Source of the DNA: Eubacteriales bacterium
GTDB taxonomy: Bacteria > Bacillota > Clostridia > Oscillospirales > CAG-272
Direction of reading: 5' to 3'
DNA: 48,802 nucleotides
NCBI GenBank assembly: GCA_045629725.1
Contig: JAZQRT010000002.1
Coordinates: forward strand, 1 to 48,802
The position numbers and the translations under genes were made by a program. Below, one piece after another: positions 33,716-42,461 of this stretch (positions are counted from its first letter, which is position 1; each line of letters begins with the position of its first letter). A model generated the notes under the pieces. That model did no database searches, was not told where the DNA came from, and saw only the letters and a list, made by a program, of their open reading frames with translations.

Positions 33716-34966
33716 ATGAAAATAGTAAATGTTGTTTGTTCAGCAGGACGTACAGGCTTTTATTTTGATGACCAGCGTGCAATCAAGCGCGGTGCAGGTC
33801 ATGACGGTACATTCTACGTTGGCGAGCCTGTAACAGAGGGCTTCCGTGCAGTACGTCAGGCAGGTGAATCTATTTCCGTAATGCTCATTCTTGAAGACGG
33901 ACAGGTTGCATACGGTGACTGTGCGGCAGTTCAGTATTCAGGAGCAGGCGGACGTGATCCTCTTTTCCTTGCTGAGGAGTTCATTCCGATCATTGACAAG
34001 TACATCAAGCCCGAGCTTGTTGGACGTGAAGCGGACGATTTCCGCGGACTTGCTAAGATGATGGAAGCAATTCAGGTTGACGGCAAGCGTCTTCATACAG
34101 CTATCAGATACGGTGTTTCTCAAGCACTTCTTGATGCAGTTGCAAAGGCAACAGGCAGACTTATGTGTGAGGTCGTTGCTGACGAATACGGATGCACAGT
34201 TTCCGAAACTCCCGTGCCGATATTCACACAGTCAGGAGATGCTCGTTACGATAACGCAGATAAAATGATCATCAAGGGAGCACAGGTTCTTCCTCATGCT
34301 CTTATCAACCACGTTGAAACAAAGCTTGGTAAAAACGGTGAGATCCTTGCTGAATACGTTGCATGGCTCCGCGACCGTATCCTTAAGTTCCGTGCAACTG
34401 AGGACTACGCTCCCGTAATGCACATTGATACCTATGGAACTATCGGTGCAGTTTGGGGCAACAACAACTATAAGGCAATGGCTGATTATATCGAAAAGCT
34501 CGGCGAGATCGCAAAGCCCTTCAAGCTTCGTATCGAAGGTCCTATGGACTGCGATAGCACAAGAGAAGCTCAGATCGAGGCTCTTGCAGGTCTTACAGCA
34601 GAGCTTGATGCACGCGGATGCGATGTAGAGCTCGTTGCTGACGAGTGGTGTAACACTCTTGAGGATATCAAGCTCTTCGCTGACAATAAGGCAGGACATA
34701 TGATCCAGATCAAGACTCCCGACCTTGGCGGTGTAAACAACACAATAGAAGCAGTTCTTTACTGCAAGGAAAAGGGAATCGGCGCATATCAGGGCGGTAC
34801 ATGTAACGAAACAGACCGTTCCGCACACGTTTGCGTACATTGCGCTATGGCTACACAGCCCACACAGATTCTTGCAAAGCCCGGTATGGGTGTTGACGAA
34901 GGCTATATGCTCGTTTTCAATGAAATGAGCCGTATCATGGCACTTCGCAAGGCAAAGAAGGCGTAA
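33716..34966 (+). CDS. mal: 3-Methylaspartate ammonia-lyase (beta-methylaspartase)
   Basis: MKIVNVVCSAGRTGFYFDDQRAIK N-terminus, 416 aa, enolase-superfamily C-terminus. RBS AGGAGAA. Confidence 0.85.
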   Translation: MKIVNVVCSAGRTGFYFDDQRAIKRGAGHDGTFYVGEPVTEGFRAVRQAGESISVMLILEDGQVAYGDCAAVQYSGAGGRDPLFLAEEFIPIIDKYIKPELVGREADDFRGLAKMMEAIQVDGKRLHTAIRYGVSQALLDAVAKATGRLMCEVVADEYGCTVSETPVPIFTQSGDARYDNADKMIIKGAQVLPHALINHVETKLGKNGEILAEYVAWLRDRILKFRATEDYAPVMHIDTYGTIGAVWGNNNYKAMADYIEKLGEIAKPFKLRIEGPMDCDSTREAQIEALAGLTAELDARGCDVELVADEWCNTLEDIKLFADNKAGHMIQIKTPDLGGVNNTIEAVLYCKEKGIGAYQGGTCNETDRSAHVCVHCAMATQPTQILAKPGMGVDEGYMLVFNEMSRIMALRKAKKA

Positions 34967-35028
34967 TTTCAAATAAAATGAGAGAGTACCATTGTGTTAT
35001 GGTAAAATACAGAATAGTATAATAACGA

Positions 35029-35065
35029 AAAAGCGTCTTACGCCAAACGGTGTAGGACGCTTTTT
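35029..35065 (+). terminator. Operon-end intrinsic terminator
   Basis: 16-bp stem aaaagcgtcttacgcc (35029-35044) / ggtgtaggacgctttt (35049-35064) with two G.U pairs, and a T-run at 35061-35065. Confidence 0.75.
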
Positions 35066-35258
35066 ACCTTAACTATTGTAACAGAACAATATTCTCACCA
35101 AATTGTAGATGGGCCGTTTAATATTCAAGGGGTGGTCAAAGCCGATGTTGTATTCAATTAGTAAGATTAAAAAGGAAAATCCTATCGATGCACTTAAAAA
35201 TGAAAATATATGAAACTTGAAAGGTTAAAAATAAATTTTTAAAAATTTGTAAAGCCTC

Positions 35259-35287
35259 TTTACATTTAAGAAAATATATGATATAAT
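35259..35287 (+). promoter_or_regulatory. Sigma-A promoter of the BSP-like lipoprotein gene
   Basis: TTTACA (35259-35264), 17-nt spacer, TATAAT (35282-35287). Confidence 0.55.
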
Positions 35288-35322
35288 GAATTATCTAAAA
35301 ATATAAGAGAGGTTATACAATC

Positions 35323-36726
35323 ATGAAAAGAAGATCATTGACATTCAGCCTTGTTGCGATGCTTTGTTTGGTTGCTCTTGTTTTACCTGCGTGTACACCC
35401 GAAACTCCGGCAACAACACCTGCAGGAACAACACCTGTGGAAACATCACCTGCAACTTCAACTCCTGATGCAACAGTAACACCTGAAGTTACACCTACTC
35501 CCACTGAACCAGATGAACCTTACGTTTTCCCCGCTGACGGTGTTCTTAAGGCTCTTGAGGATGGAAAAGCTCCCGGTATGCCCGACGGACGTAACCCCGC
35601 ACTTTCAGGGGACAAGATCGTTGTTTTCTTTGAATATGCATTCAGAAAAGCAGGTCTTGAGCTTAGCGCAGATACAGAGATAAACTATACCATTACCAAG
35701 TCAGGTGAATCACCTGTAACAGGCACTGCAAAGCTTGATACATCTGTTCCGGAAATTAAAAATGAGTACGGATACATCGGTGTATGCTTTGATACAGGAT
35801 TTACATTTGATAAGTTTAATAAAGCAACACTTGAGTTTTCATTCAAGGATGCTTCAGGCAAGGAATATACTGTAAAGAATCAGACAGTATACAAGGGTCT
35901 TTCATATCTTGGTCTTGATGCATCTGCATTTGACGAGTATCTCGGCGGCACAGTAAAAACTGTTGTTGGAAAGCAGAAGATCACACAGACAGCTACTATA
36001 AACGGAACAGACTTTACATTTACGATCTATCTTTCAAGATGGGCAGGAAAGACAAAGGCAAAACAGATCATTACTTGTTCAAGACTTTTCTGGCAGACAT
36101 ATCCCAGAATGTACGCTCGTTTCGGAGCTGCGGGTAACAGCCCCACAAATGTTGGTCTTACAATTGAAAATCAGGGCTACGGAATTGCTTCGGCAGGAGG
36201 TAGCGAAGTACATCTTCACGACCAGTGGCTTATGAACAATCCTCAGGACTTTGATTGTCTAACACATGAATTTGCACACGTAATTCAGAACGGCTGGGAT
36301 GGTGACTACTGCGAATACAGCGGATACATTGAGCGTTTTGCAGATGCCTGCAGATATATGTACGCTTTTGACGATGGTAAGTATAACGATTCCAACTGGA
36401 CACTTAACACAGTAAGCGGAGAAAATACCCGTGAAACGTCCGTACGTTTCCTTGTTTGGATGGATTATTTCTATTCAAACGAAGAAAATGACCTTATTCT
36501 TAAGTTTTTCACTGCATGCAGAAGCAAGAAGTATCCTGCAAATAAGTGGAATGAGGCATGGGCAGAGATCTTTGACGGTACAGAGCTTCAGGGTAAGAGC
36601 ATTGAAGAAGTTTGGAGCATGTTCGAAAGCTCAGAGTTTGCAAAGCTCTCAGCAAGAGGTATTGCAACTATTGTTGGCTCATCAGCTCTTCTTAAGAAGT
36701 ACGATATTCGTGGAAGACTTAAGTAA
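35323..36726 (+). CDS. Lipoprotein with a C-terminal BSP-family ('basic secretory protein', PF04450-like) zinc metallopeptidase-like domain
   Basis: Lipobox LVLPAC plus a P/T-rich linker. Motifs: EVHLHDQWL....CLTHEFAHVIQNGWDG....YIERFADACRYMY (HExxHxxQ followed by E.(F/I)AD..R). Confidence 0.55.
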   Translation: MKRRSLTFSLVAMLCLVALVLPACTPETPATTPAGTTPVETSPATSTPDATVTPEVTPTPTEPDEPYVFPADGVLKALEDGKAPGMPDGRNPALSGDKIVVFFEYAFRKAGLELSADTEINYTITKSGESPVTGTAKLDTSVPEIKNEYGYIGVCFDTGFTFDKFNKATLEFSFKDASGKEYTVKNQTVYKGLSYLGLDASAFDEYLGGTVKTVVGKQKITQTATINGTDFTFTIYLSRWAGKTKAKQIITCSRLFWQTYPRMYARFGAAGNSPTNVGLTIENQGYGIASAGGSEVHLHDQWLMNNPQDFDCLTHEFAHVIQNGWDGDYCEYSGYIERFADACRYMYAFDDGKYNDSNWTLNTVSGENTRETSVRFLVWMDYFYSNEENDLILKFFTACRSKKYPANKWNEAWAEIFDGTELQGKSIEEVWSMFESSEFAKLSARGIATIVGSSALLKKYDIRGRLK

Positions 36727-36756
36727 TTTTTGTTGATCTTATAGTTTAATAAAGTT

Positions 36757-36804
36757 CTCCAACCAATTTGAGATAACACTCAGATTGGTTGGGGTTTCTT
36801 TTTT
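36757..36804 (+). terminator. Intrinsic terminator
   Basis: 14-bp stem ctccaaccaatttg (36757-36770) / cagattggttgggg (36781-36794) with two G.U pairs, followed by tttctttttt. Confidence 0.75.
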
Positions 36805-36930
36805 AAAAAATCCAGAAACTATTCCAATACTAATAAACGAAATATAATATTATACTTGATTTTTTTCTATTTATAATGATATAATAGGTGTGAAATTTTT
36901 TTAAAAAATAAAATCCCCTAAGGTAAGGTA

Positions 36931-36968
36931 TTGCTTGTGACGCTGCGTAATGAAGTATAATAGCGTCA
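36931..36968 (+). promoter_or_regulatory. MerR-type promoter with 19-nt spacer and 7-bp inverted repeat
   Basis: TTGCTT (36931-36936), 19-nt spacer, TATAAT (36956-36961). Inverted repeat TGACGCT (36938-36944) / AGCGTCA (36962-36968). Confidence 0.55.
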
Positions 36969-36982
36969 AGGAGGTGAGAACT

Positions 36983-37705
36983 ATGTCAAAATATACAACG
37001 GGTGAGATCGCAAAGCTTTGCGGTGTATCGGTGAGAACGGTGCAGTATTACGATAACCGAGGCATTATAATTCCAACGGAGCTTTCCGAAGGAGGACGCC
37101 GTCTTTATTCGGAGGAGGATCTTTCACGAATGAAGATCGTGTGTTTTCTTCGTGACCTTGATATTCCTCTCAATAGTATTGCCGAGCTTATGAATGAGGA
37201 TAACTGCGGTGAGGTAATTTCTCTTATACTCTCAGAGCAGGAAGCGGTGCTAAAAAAAGAGATCGAAGAAAAACAGGCAAAGCTTGATATTCTTAAAACG
37301 CTCAGAGCCGAATTGAAAAAAACTGAAAATCCATCTGTTGAATCCATCGGTGACATAGCTCATGTTATGGAAAATAAGAAAAAACTGAAAAAGCTTCGTG
37401 TTTTCTTGCTTGTAACAGGATTGCCTATTACGGCATCTCAGTGGGGAACGATCATATTGTGGATAAAGACAGGTATATGGTGGCCATTTCTTGTCTATGC
37501 TTTGATAGCTATATCGTATGGTGTATTGATATCTAAATATTATTTCAAACGCGTTTCCTATATTTGTCCTCAGTGTCATGAGGTGTTCAAGCCGAGCTTG
37601 AGGCAGGCGTTTTGGGCAAATCACACACCAACAACAAGAAAACTAACCTGTACAAAATGCGGATACCGCGGATTTTGTGTTGAAACTTATAAGGAGGAAA
37701 ATTAG
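36983..37705 (+). CDS. MerR-family regulator fused to two TM helices and a C-terminal CxxC...CxxC zinc-ribbon
   Basis: ATG at 36983 behind AAGGAGGTG. YTTGEIAKLCGVSVRTVQYYDNRGII...GGRRLYSEEDL HTH, then a coiled coil. TM segments LRVFLLVTGLPITASQWGTIILWI and WWPFLVYALIAISYGVLISKYYF. Zinc-ribbon motif CPQCH...CTKCG. Confidence 0.8.
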   Translation: MSKYTTGEIAKLCGVSVRTVQYYDNRGIIIPTELSEGGRRLYSEEDLSRMKIVCFLRDLDIPLNSIAELMNEDNCGEVISLILSEQEAVLKKEIEEKQAKLDILKTLRAELKKTENPSVESIGDIAHVMENKKKLKKLRVFLLVTGLPITASQWGTIILWIKTGIWWPFLVYALIAISYGVLISKYYFKRVSYICPQCHEVFKPSLRQAFWANHTPTTRKLTCTKCGYRGFCVETYKEEN

Positions 37706-37707
37706 AT

Positions 37708-37911
37708 ATGACAGACATCATGGAATTCTTGCCGTTTTTAATACCCATTGTAATTGCGGAGTTTGCGCTTTTCGGGTATACTCTTTATCACATACTTACA
37801 CATAAAAACTATAAGTACGGAAACAGGATCCTTTGGATCGTTATTAGTGTTGTATTTATGAATTTTATAGGTCCTATTTTGTATTTTATATTTGGCAGGG
37901 AGGATTCATAA
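37708..37911 (+). CDS. Small membrane protein, PLDc_N (phospholipase-D/nuclease N-terminal) domain
   Basis: 67 aa with two TM segments and the characteristic LWIVISVVFMNFIGPILYFIFGR motif. Confidence 0.7.
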   Translation: MTDIMEFLPFLIPIVIAEFALFGYTLYHILTHKNYKYGNRILWIVISVVFMNFIGPILYFIFGREDS

Positions 37912-38811
37912 GTGAATATGCTTGAAATTTCGGGGCTTCAGAAGAGCTTTGGAGATAAAGATGTTTTAAAAGGACTTGATCTTTGTGTACCCGAGGGAGA
38001 AATATTCGGATTTATCGGAAAGAATGGCGCAGGAAAGACTACAACGATGAAGGCTGTTCTCGGTCTTTTGCAGATTGATGGCGGCAGTATTTCGGTTTTT
38101 GGCGAGAGAGTGACATATGGTGATAACTCTACGAACTGTCACATTGGATATCTTCCCGACGTCCCTAATTTTTATTCATTTATGACGGCAGGGGAATATC
38201 TTTCCTTTTGCGGAGAAATTGTGGGGATGAATGAGGGACAGATTAAGTCACGGAGCACAGAGCTTCTTGAGCTTGTGGGCTTAAAGGATGAAAGACATCG
38301 CATAAAGGGTTTTTCAAGAGGAATGAAACAGCGCCTTGGAATTGCCGCAGCGCTTCTTCACGAGCCGAAGCTTCTTATCTGTGATGAACCGACCTCAGCG
38401 CTTGATCCTATTGGCAGAAAAGAGATACTTGATATCCTTCTTAGCGCAAAAGAAAGGACAACTGTTCTTTTTTCAACTCATATTCTATCCGATGTTGAAC
38501 GCATCTGTACCCGTATTGCATTTTTAAATGACGGTAAAACGGCGGTGCAGGGGAGCCTTGCAGATATTAAATCAAGGTATAGAAAAGAAGAATATGTATT
38601 TGAGACCTTGAAAGAGGAGGATGCTCTTTTGTTGAGGGGTGAATTTTCTTGCTTAAGTTCTCTTTATAATAATCGCCTTGTTTTTACGGGAAGTGAGGAA
38701 GCTCTTTTTGAGGTAATGGGATATTTATCAAAAAAGCGCATACCTCTTTTGAAGCTTGAGCGGATCGAGCCTTCCCTTGAATCCTTATTCATGGAGGTGG
38801 TTGAAAAATGA
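37912..38811 (+). CDS. ABC transporter ATP-binding protein (ABC-2/drug-exporter type)
   Basis: Walker A GKNGAGKTT, signature FSRGMKQRL, Walker B LLICDEPTSALD. GTG start abuts the previous stop. Confidence 0.9.
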   Translation: MNMLEISGLQKSFGDKDVLKGLDLCVPEGEIFGFIGKNGAGKTTTMKAVLGLLQIDGGSISVFGERVTYGDNSTNCHIGYLPDVPNFYSFMTAGEYLSFCGEIVGMNEGQIKSRSTELLELVGLKDERHRIKGFSRGMKQRLGIAAALLHEPKLLICDEPTSALDPIGRKEILDILLSAKERTTVLFSTHILSDVERICTRIAFLNDGKTAVQGSLADIKSRYRKEEYVFETLKEEDALLLRGEFSCLSSLYNNRLVFTGSEEALFEVMGYLSKKRIPLLKLERIEPSLESLFMEVVEK

Positions 38812-39578
38812 GATCGCTTATTGTGTTTACTCTTAAAGAATTTAGGGAAAGCTACAGATCGGGAAAAATTCTATTTCTTGGGATCTTATTTGTAGTATTC
38901 GGAATAATGAACCCTGCTATCGCAAAACTCACCCCTTGGCTTCTTGAAATTCTTTCCGATTCTCTTGCGGAAAGCGGAATGACTGTCACAGAAGTACAGG
39001 TGGATGCCATTACCTCTTGGGTTCAGTTTTTCAAAAATATACCGATGGCTCTCATAGTTTTCTGCCTCATGTACGGAGGAATATTTACAAAAGAGTATGA
39101 ATCGGGCACATTGATCCTTGTTCTCACAAGGGGATTTTCAAGATATAAGGTTGTAATTGCCAAAGCATTTACAATGATATTCATGTGGAGCATGGGTTAT
39201 TGCATTTGTTATTTTGTAACTTATGGTTATAATGCATATTTCTGGGATAATTCCGTTGCTTTGGGACTTGTTCCTGCTGTATTTAATTGGTGGCTTTTCG
39301 GTGTTTGGGTAATATCATTGATGGTACTGTTTTCAGTTGTCAGCGGTAATACCTCGGGTGTTCTTCTCGGTACGGGTGGAGTAACCCTGCTGTCTTATCT
39401 GTTGAGCCTTATTCCCAAGGTGAAAGCATATACTCCAACAAATCTGATGAATACAGGTCTGCTTCTTGTTGGAAAGGAAGGCTCCTCGGATTATCTTAAG
39501 TCCGTTATCGTAGCACTCATCAGTATCTTGATATTCATAGGACTTTCAGTACCCTTGATGAAGAAGAAAAAATTGTAA
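38808..39578 (+). CDS. ABC-2 family permease
   Basis: ATGA overlap with the ATPase gene. About six hydrophobic helices. Confidence 0.75.
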   Translation: MRSLIVFTLKEFRESYRSGKILFLGILFVVFGIMNPAIAKLTPWLLEILSDSLAESGMTVTEVQVDAITSWVQFFKNIPMALIVFCLMYGGIFTKEYESGTLILVLTRGFSRYKVVIAKAFTMIFMWSMGYCICYFVTYGYNAYFWDNSVALGLVPAVFNWWLFGVWVISLMVLFSVVSGNTSGVLLGTGGVTLLSYLLSLIPKVKAYTPTNLMNTGLLLVGKEGSSDYLKSVIVALISILIFIGLSVPLMKKKKL

Positions 39579-39582
39579 TTTT

Positions 39583-39618
39583 AAAAGACGGAGTTTAAAT
39601 GCTTCGTCTTTTCTCTTT
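39583..39618 (+). terminator. Intrinsic terminator
   Basis: 11-bp stem aaaagacggag/cttcgtctttt with one G.U pair, followed by a T-rich tail. Confidence 0.65.
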
Positions 39619-39673
39619 ACAAATCATAAAAAAAGTGCTACAATAAAGTAACTTAAAATGTAAAGGTGATGTT

Positions 39674-40726
39674 ATGGATAAAAGTATTTCACAGGTAGAT
39701 AAAAATTTCAAGATAGAAACAGAGCTTAAAAAAGAAGATATTAAGTTTTATGACGTTAAGGCAAATCCTTTTAAGATATACGGAATATATTATGAGGACG
39801 GCAGATTCCGCCGACTTCCCGAGGAGGTTGCTAAAGCTACTAATGCAGGCGTACATGCTTTGCACAGCCACACCGCAGGCGGCAGAGTAAGATTCAAAAC
39901 AAATAGTCCGTATATTGCAATTCATGCAAAGATGCCTGCAATCGGCAAGATGCCCCACTTTGCACTCACCGGTTCTGCGGGCTTTGATATGTATGAAAGA
40001 GTTGATGGAAAAGAAAAATACGTTAAAAGCTTTGTTCCGCCCTTCAATATCAAGGACGGATACGAAAGCATCATAGAATTAGGTGAGGAAAGGGAAAGAG
40101 AAATAACAATAAATTTTCCCTTATACAGTGCAGTTTCCGAGCTTTATATAGGACTTAAGGAGGGAAGCACTGTATCAGAGCCTACGCCCTATAAAACAAA
40201 TATACCTTTTGTATATTACGGTTCTTCCATCACGCAGGGCGGTTGCGCCTCAAGACCGGGAAGCTCATATGAAAGTATAATTTGCCGTGAATTTGATACG
40301 GACTATATAAACCTCGGCTTTTCGGGAAGTGCAAGAGGAGAAGACGCTATAGCAGATTACATAAAGGATCTTCCCATGTCACTTTTTGTTCTTGACTACG
40401 ACCACAACGCCGCAAACGTTGAGGAGCTTAAAAACACACATGAAAAGCTCTATAAAAAAGTCCGTGCCGAGCATCCCGATATTCCGATAATTATAATGTC
40501 ACGTCCAAAATACTATCTTACTTCCGAGGAGGAGGAAAGACTTAGTATAATCAAGGCTACATATGAAAATGCTCTTTCAAGAGAAGAAAAGGTATATTTT
40601 CTTGATGGAAAATCCCTTATGAGCCTTGCAAGGGATGAGGGCACGGTTGATAACTGCCATCCGACGGATCTTGGATTTGCTTCAATGGCGGGTGCACTTG
40701 CTGATCTTATTAAAGTTATTTTTTAA
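39674..40726 (+). CDS. SGNH/GDSL-type esterase with an N-terminal beta-sandwich domain, cytoplasmic
   Basis: Block I YYGSSITQGG, block II GFSGSA, block III DYDHN, block V DNCHPTD. Confidence 0.75.
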   Translation: MDKSISQVDKNFKIETELKKEDIKFYDVKANPFKIYGIYYEDGRFRRLPEEVAKATNAGVHALHSHTAGGRVRFKTNSPYIAIHAKMPAIGKMPHFALTGSAGFDMYERVDGKEKYVKSFVPPFNIKDGYESIIELGEEREREITINFPLYSAVSELYIGLKEGSTVSEPTPYKTNIPFVYYGSSITQGGCASRPGSSYESIICREFDTDYINLGFSGSARGEDAIADYIKDLPMSLFVLDYDHNAANVEELKNTHEKLYKKVRAEHPDIPIIIMSRPKYYLTSEEEERLSIIKATYENALSREEKVYFLDGKSLMSLARDEGTVDNCHPTDLGFASMAGALADLIKVIF

Positions 40727-40746
40727 CAAAAGTTTATATAAAAAAC

Positions 40747-40795
40747 GGCGCACCGCCCTAGGGAAAAAGCATGCCCTACATGAGTGCGCCTTTTT
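40747..40795 (+). terminator. Intrinsic terminator (interrupted stem)
   Basis: ggcgcac (40747-40753) pairs with gtgcgcc (40784-40790). There is an inner taggg/cccta pairing and a T5 run at 40791-40795. Confidence 0.55.
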
Positions 40796-40957
40796 AAAAT
40801 ATTTTTATTCCCAACAGAGTGATTTCTTATCTAAAAAACTTTACAATTTTAAAACAAAAAAATAAATATTAAAAGCAAAAGCGTTATAGACAAGAAAGGA
40901 AAAATGTGATATTATAATTCTGGGTTAGTGTGAAATTTGTTACGGAGGAATTATATT

Positions 40958-42448
40958 ATGGATATAAGATCATTATTCCGCTCATTTAAGATAAAATTAT
41001 TTTTTGAAGGGGTAGTGAGGTCAATACTTTTTGCTCTTATCATGACAGGAGCTGCGGTATTTGGCACATCCCTTGTATATCACATTTTAATAAAGGAAAT
41101 GCCACTGAAGGTATTTGTACCCATTTCGGCAGGTGTGTTTCTTGTTTCGTTTTGCTTGATTTTTTTTATCAAGCATTATCCCACGAGGAAAAAGACCGCT
41201 TCAAGAATGGATGAGATGGGTCTTAAGGAAAGAGCGTCAACGATGCTTGCAAACCGCCAAAACGAAAGCCTGATTGCATCGCTTCAAAGAGAAGATGCTG
41301 TAATACATATAAAAAAAACAAAGGCAAAAAACATGAAATTCAAGTTTTTGAAAAGGGAAGCGGTGATGTCTGTTGTTACTCTCTGTCTTGACTTTGTAAT
41401 GATACTTTTGCCCCATGATATATTCCTTTTTGCAGAAGAAGAAATCGGTCCCGATGAAATTCAGCAGCAGATAATCAAGGACCTCATTGAAGATCTCAGA
41501 GAAGAAATAAAGAATTCTCCCCTTGATGAGGAAACCAAGGACAAGGCTAATGAGATCGTTGACCGACTTGAAGGGGAGCTTAATAAGACCGACAGTAAGC
41601 TTGAAATGGCAGGTAAGATCGAGGAGGCCAAAAAGGAGCTTTCGGAGCTTCTTGATAAGCTGCTTACAAAAAATAACATCGGCAAAGCGCTTATGAAATA
41701 TCCGCTCACGCGCCCCCTTGGTGAGGGAATATTAAATACGAATATGGACAAGGTAAGTTCTGCACTCGATGAGCTTGAGGGTAAGCTTAATGAGGATAAA
41801 GCACTTGTAAAGGAGCTTTCAGATACCGTTAAAACAGCACTCGAGGAATCGGGAGTTGAGGCAACGGATAAGCTTTATATTATACTTGACGATTTTGCGG
41901 ATGAGCTTATAGGCATTGACACGGAAGACAGTGATTTTGAAAATAAGCTCAAAGATATATTCGACAGACTCCAAGAAGCCCTTAAATCAGAGCTTGAGCG
42001 TCAAAGTGCGATAGAAGAGGAAAAGGAAAAGCTTGAGGATAAGCTTGATGATGCAAAGGACGAGGTCCTTGGAGAGAAGAAAGAGGATGCCGAGGCTGAA
42101 AAAACAGGCGAGGGTGAAGGAGAAAAAGAAGGCGAAGGCGAGGGTGAAGGTGAAGGCGAGGGCGATAAGCCCGGCGATAAACCCGGACAAGACGGTAAGC
42201 CGGGGGATAAACCCGGAGAACAAGGCGGAAACAATCAAGGAGAGGAGCCACCGCAAGGCGGTTCACATGGCGGAGGCGAAGTTCAAGACGGTAAAACCGA
42301 GATAATCTTTGACCCCATTTCAGGCAGTGTTTCCTACGGTGAGGTGTTTGCCGCTTATTATGCAGAATATCTTGAAGCACTTAAAAACGGTAATGTACCA
42401 GAGGAATTACAGGATATAATTGACAATTATTTTTCATCACTTAGTTAA
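40958..42448 (+). CDS. Membrane-anchored acidic coiled-coil protein with GE/GDKP low-complexity tract; first gene of the MoxR/VWA operon
   Basis: ATG at 40958 behind GGAGG (the track start at 40937 is TTG). Two N-terminal TM helices plus a third (VMSVVTLCLDFVMILLP). About 250 aa of E/K/D/L-rich heptad-like sequence. C-terminal motif NVPEELQDIIDNYFSSLS. Confidence 0.7.
   Translation: MDIRSLFRSFKIKLFFEGVVRSILFALIMTGAAVFGTSLVYHILIKEMPLKVFVPISAGVFLVSFCLIFFIKHYPTRKKTASRMDEMGLKERASTMLANRQNESLIASLQREDAVIHIKKTKAKNMKFKFLKREAVMSVVTLCLDFVMILLPHDIFLFAEEEIGPDEIQQQIIKDLIEDLREEIKNSPLDEETKDKANEIVDRLEGELNKTDSKLEMAGKIEEAKKELSELLDKLLTKNNIGKALMKYPLTRPLGEGILNTNMDKVSSALDELEGKLNEDKALVKELSDTVKTALEESGVEATDKLYIILDDFADELIGIDTEDSDFENKLKDIFDRLQEALKSELERQSAIEEEKEKLEDKLDDAKDEVLGEKKEDAEAEKTGEGEGEKEGEGEGEGEGEGDKPGDKPGQDGKPGDKPGEQGGNNQGEEPPQGGSHGGGEVQDGKTEIIFDPISGSVSYGEVFAAYYAEYLEALKNGNVPEELQDIIDNYFSSLS
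42107..42229 (+). repeat. In-frame low-complexity tract (GEGEGEKEGEGEGEGEGEG DKPGDKPGQDGKPGDKPGEQGG)
   Basis: Degenerate 6-nt (ggc/ggt gaa/gag) and about 15-nt (gataaacccggn) repeats. These generate the spurious antisense ORFs at 41982-42380. Confidence 0.85.
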
Positions 42449-42461
42449 AGGAGAAAAGAAA

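Noticed and set aside
35109-35213. 34-aa ORF (MGRLIFKGWSKPMLYSISKIKKENPIDALKNENI) in the spacer after the mal terminator.
   Set aside because: It has no RBS and lies between a terminator and the next promoter. It has no recognisable peptide features such as a leader, Cys pairs or a TM segment.
41982-42380. Three overlapping ORFs (minus and plus strand) rich in P/S/R/L or K/R across 41982-42380.
   Set aside because: They are artefacts of the GE/GDKP low-complexity repeat of the real plus-strand gene, since any frame of a purine-rich repeat stays open.
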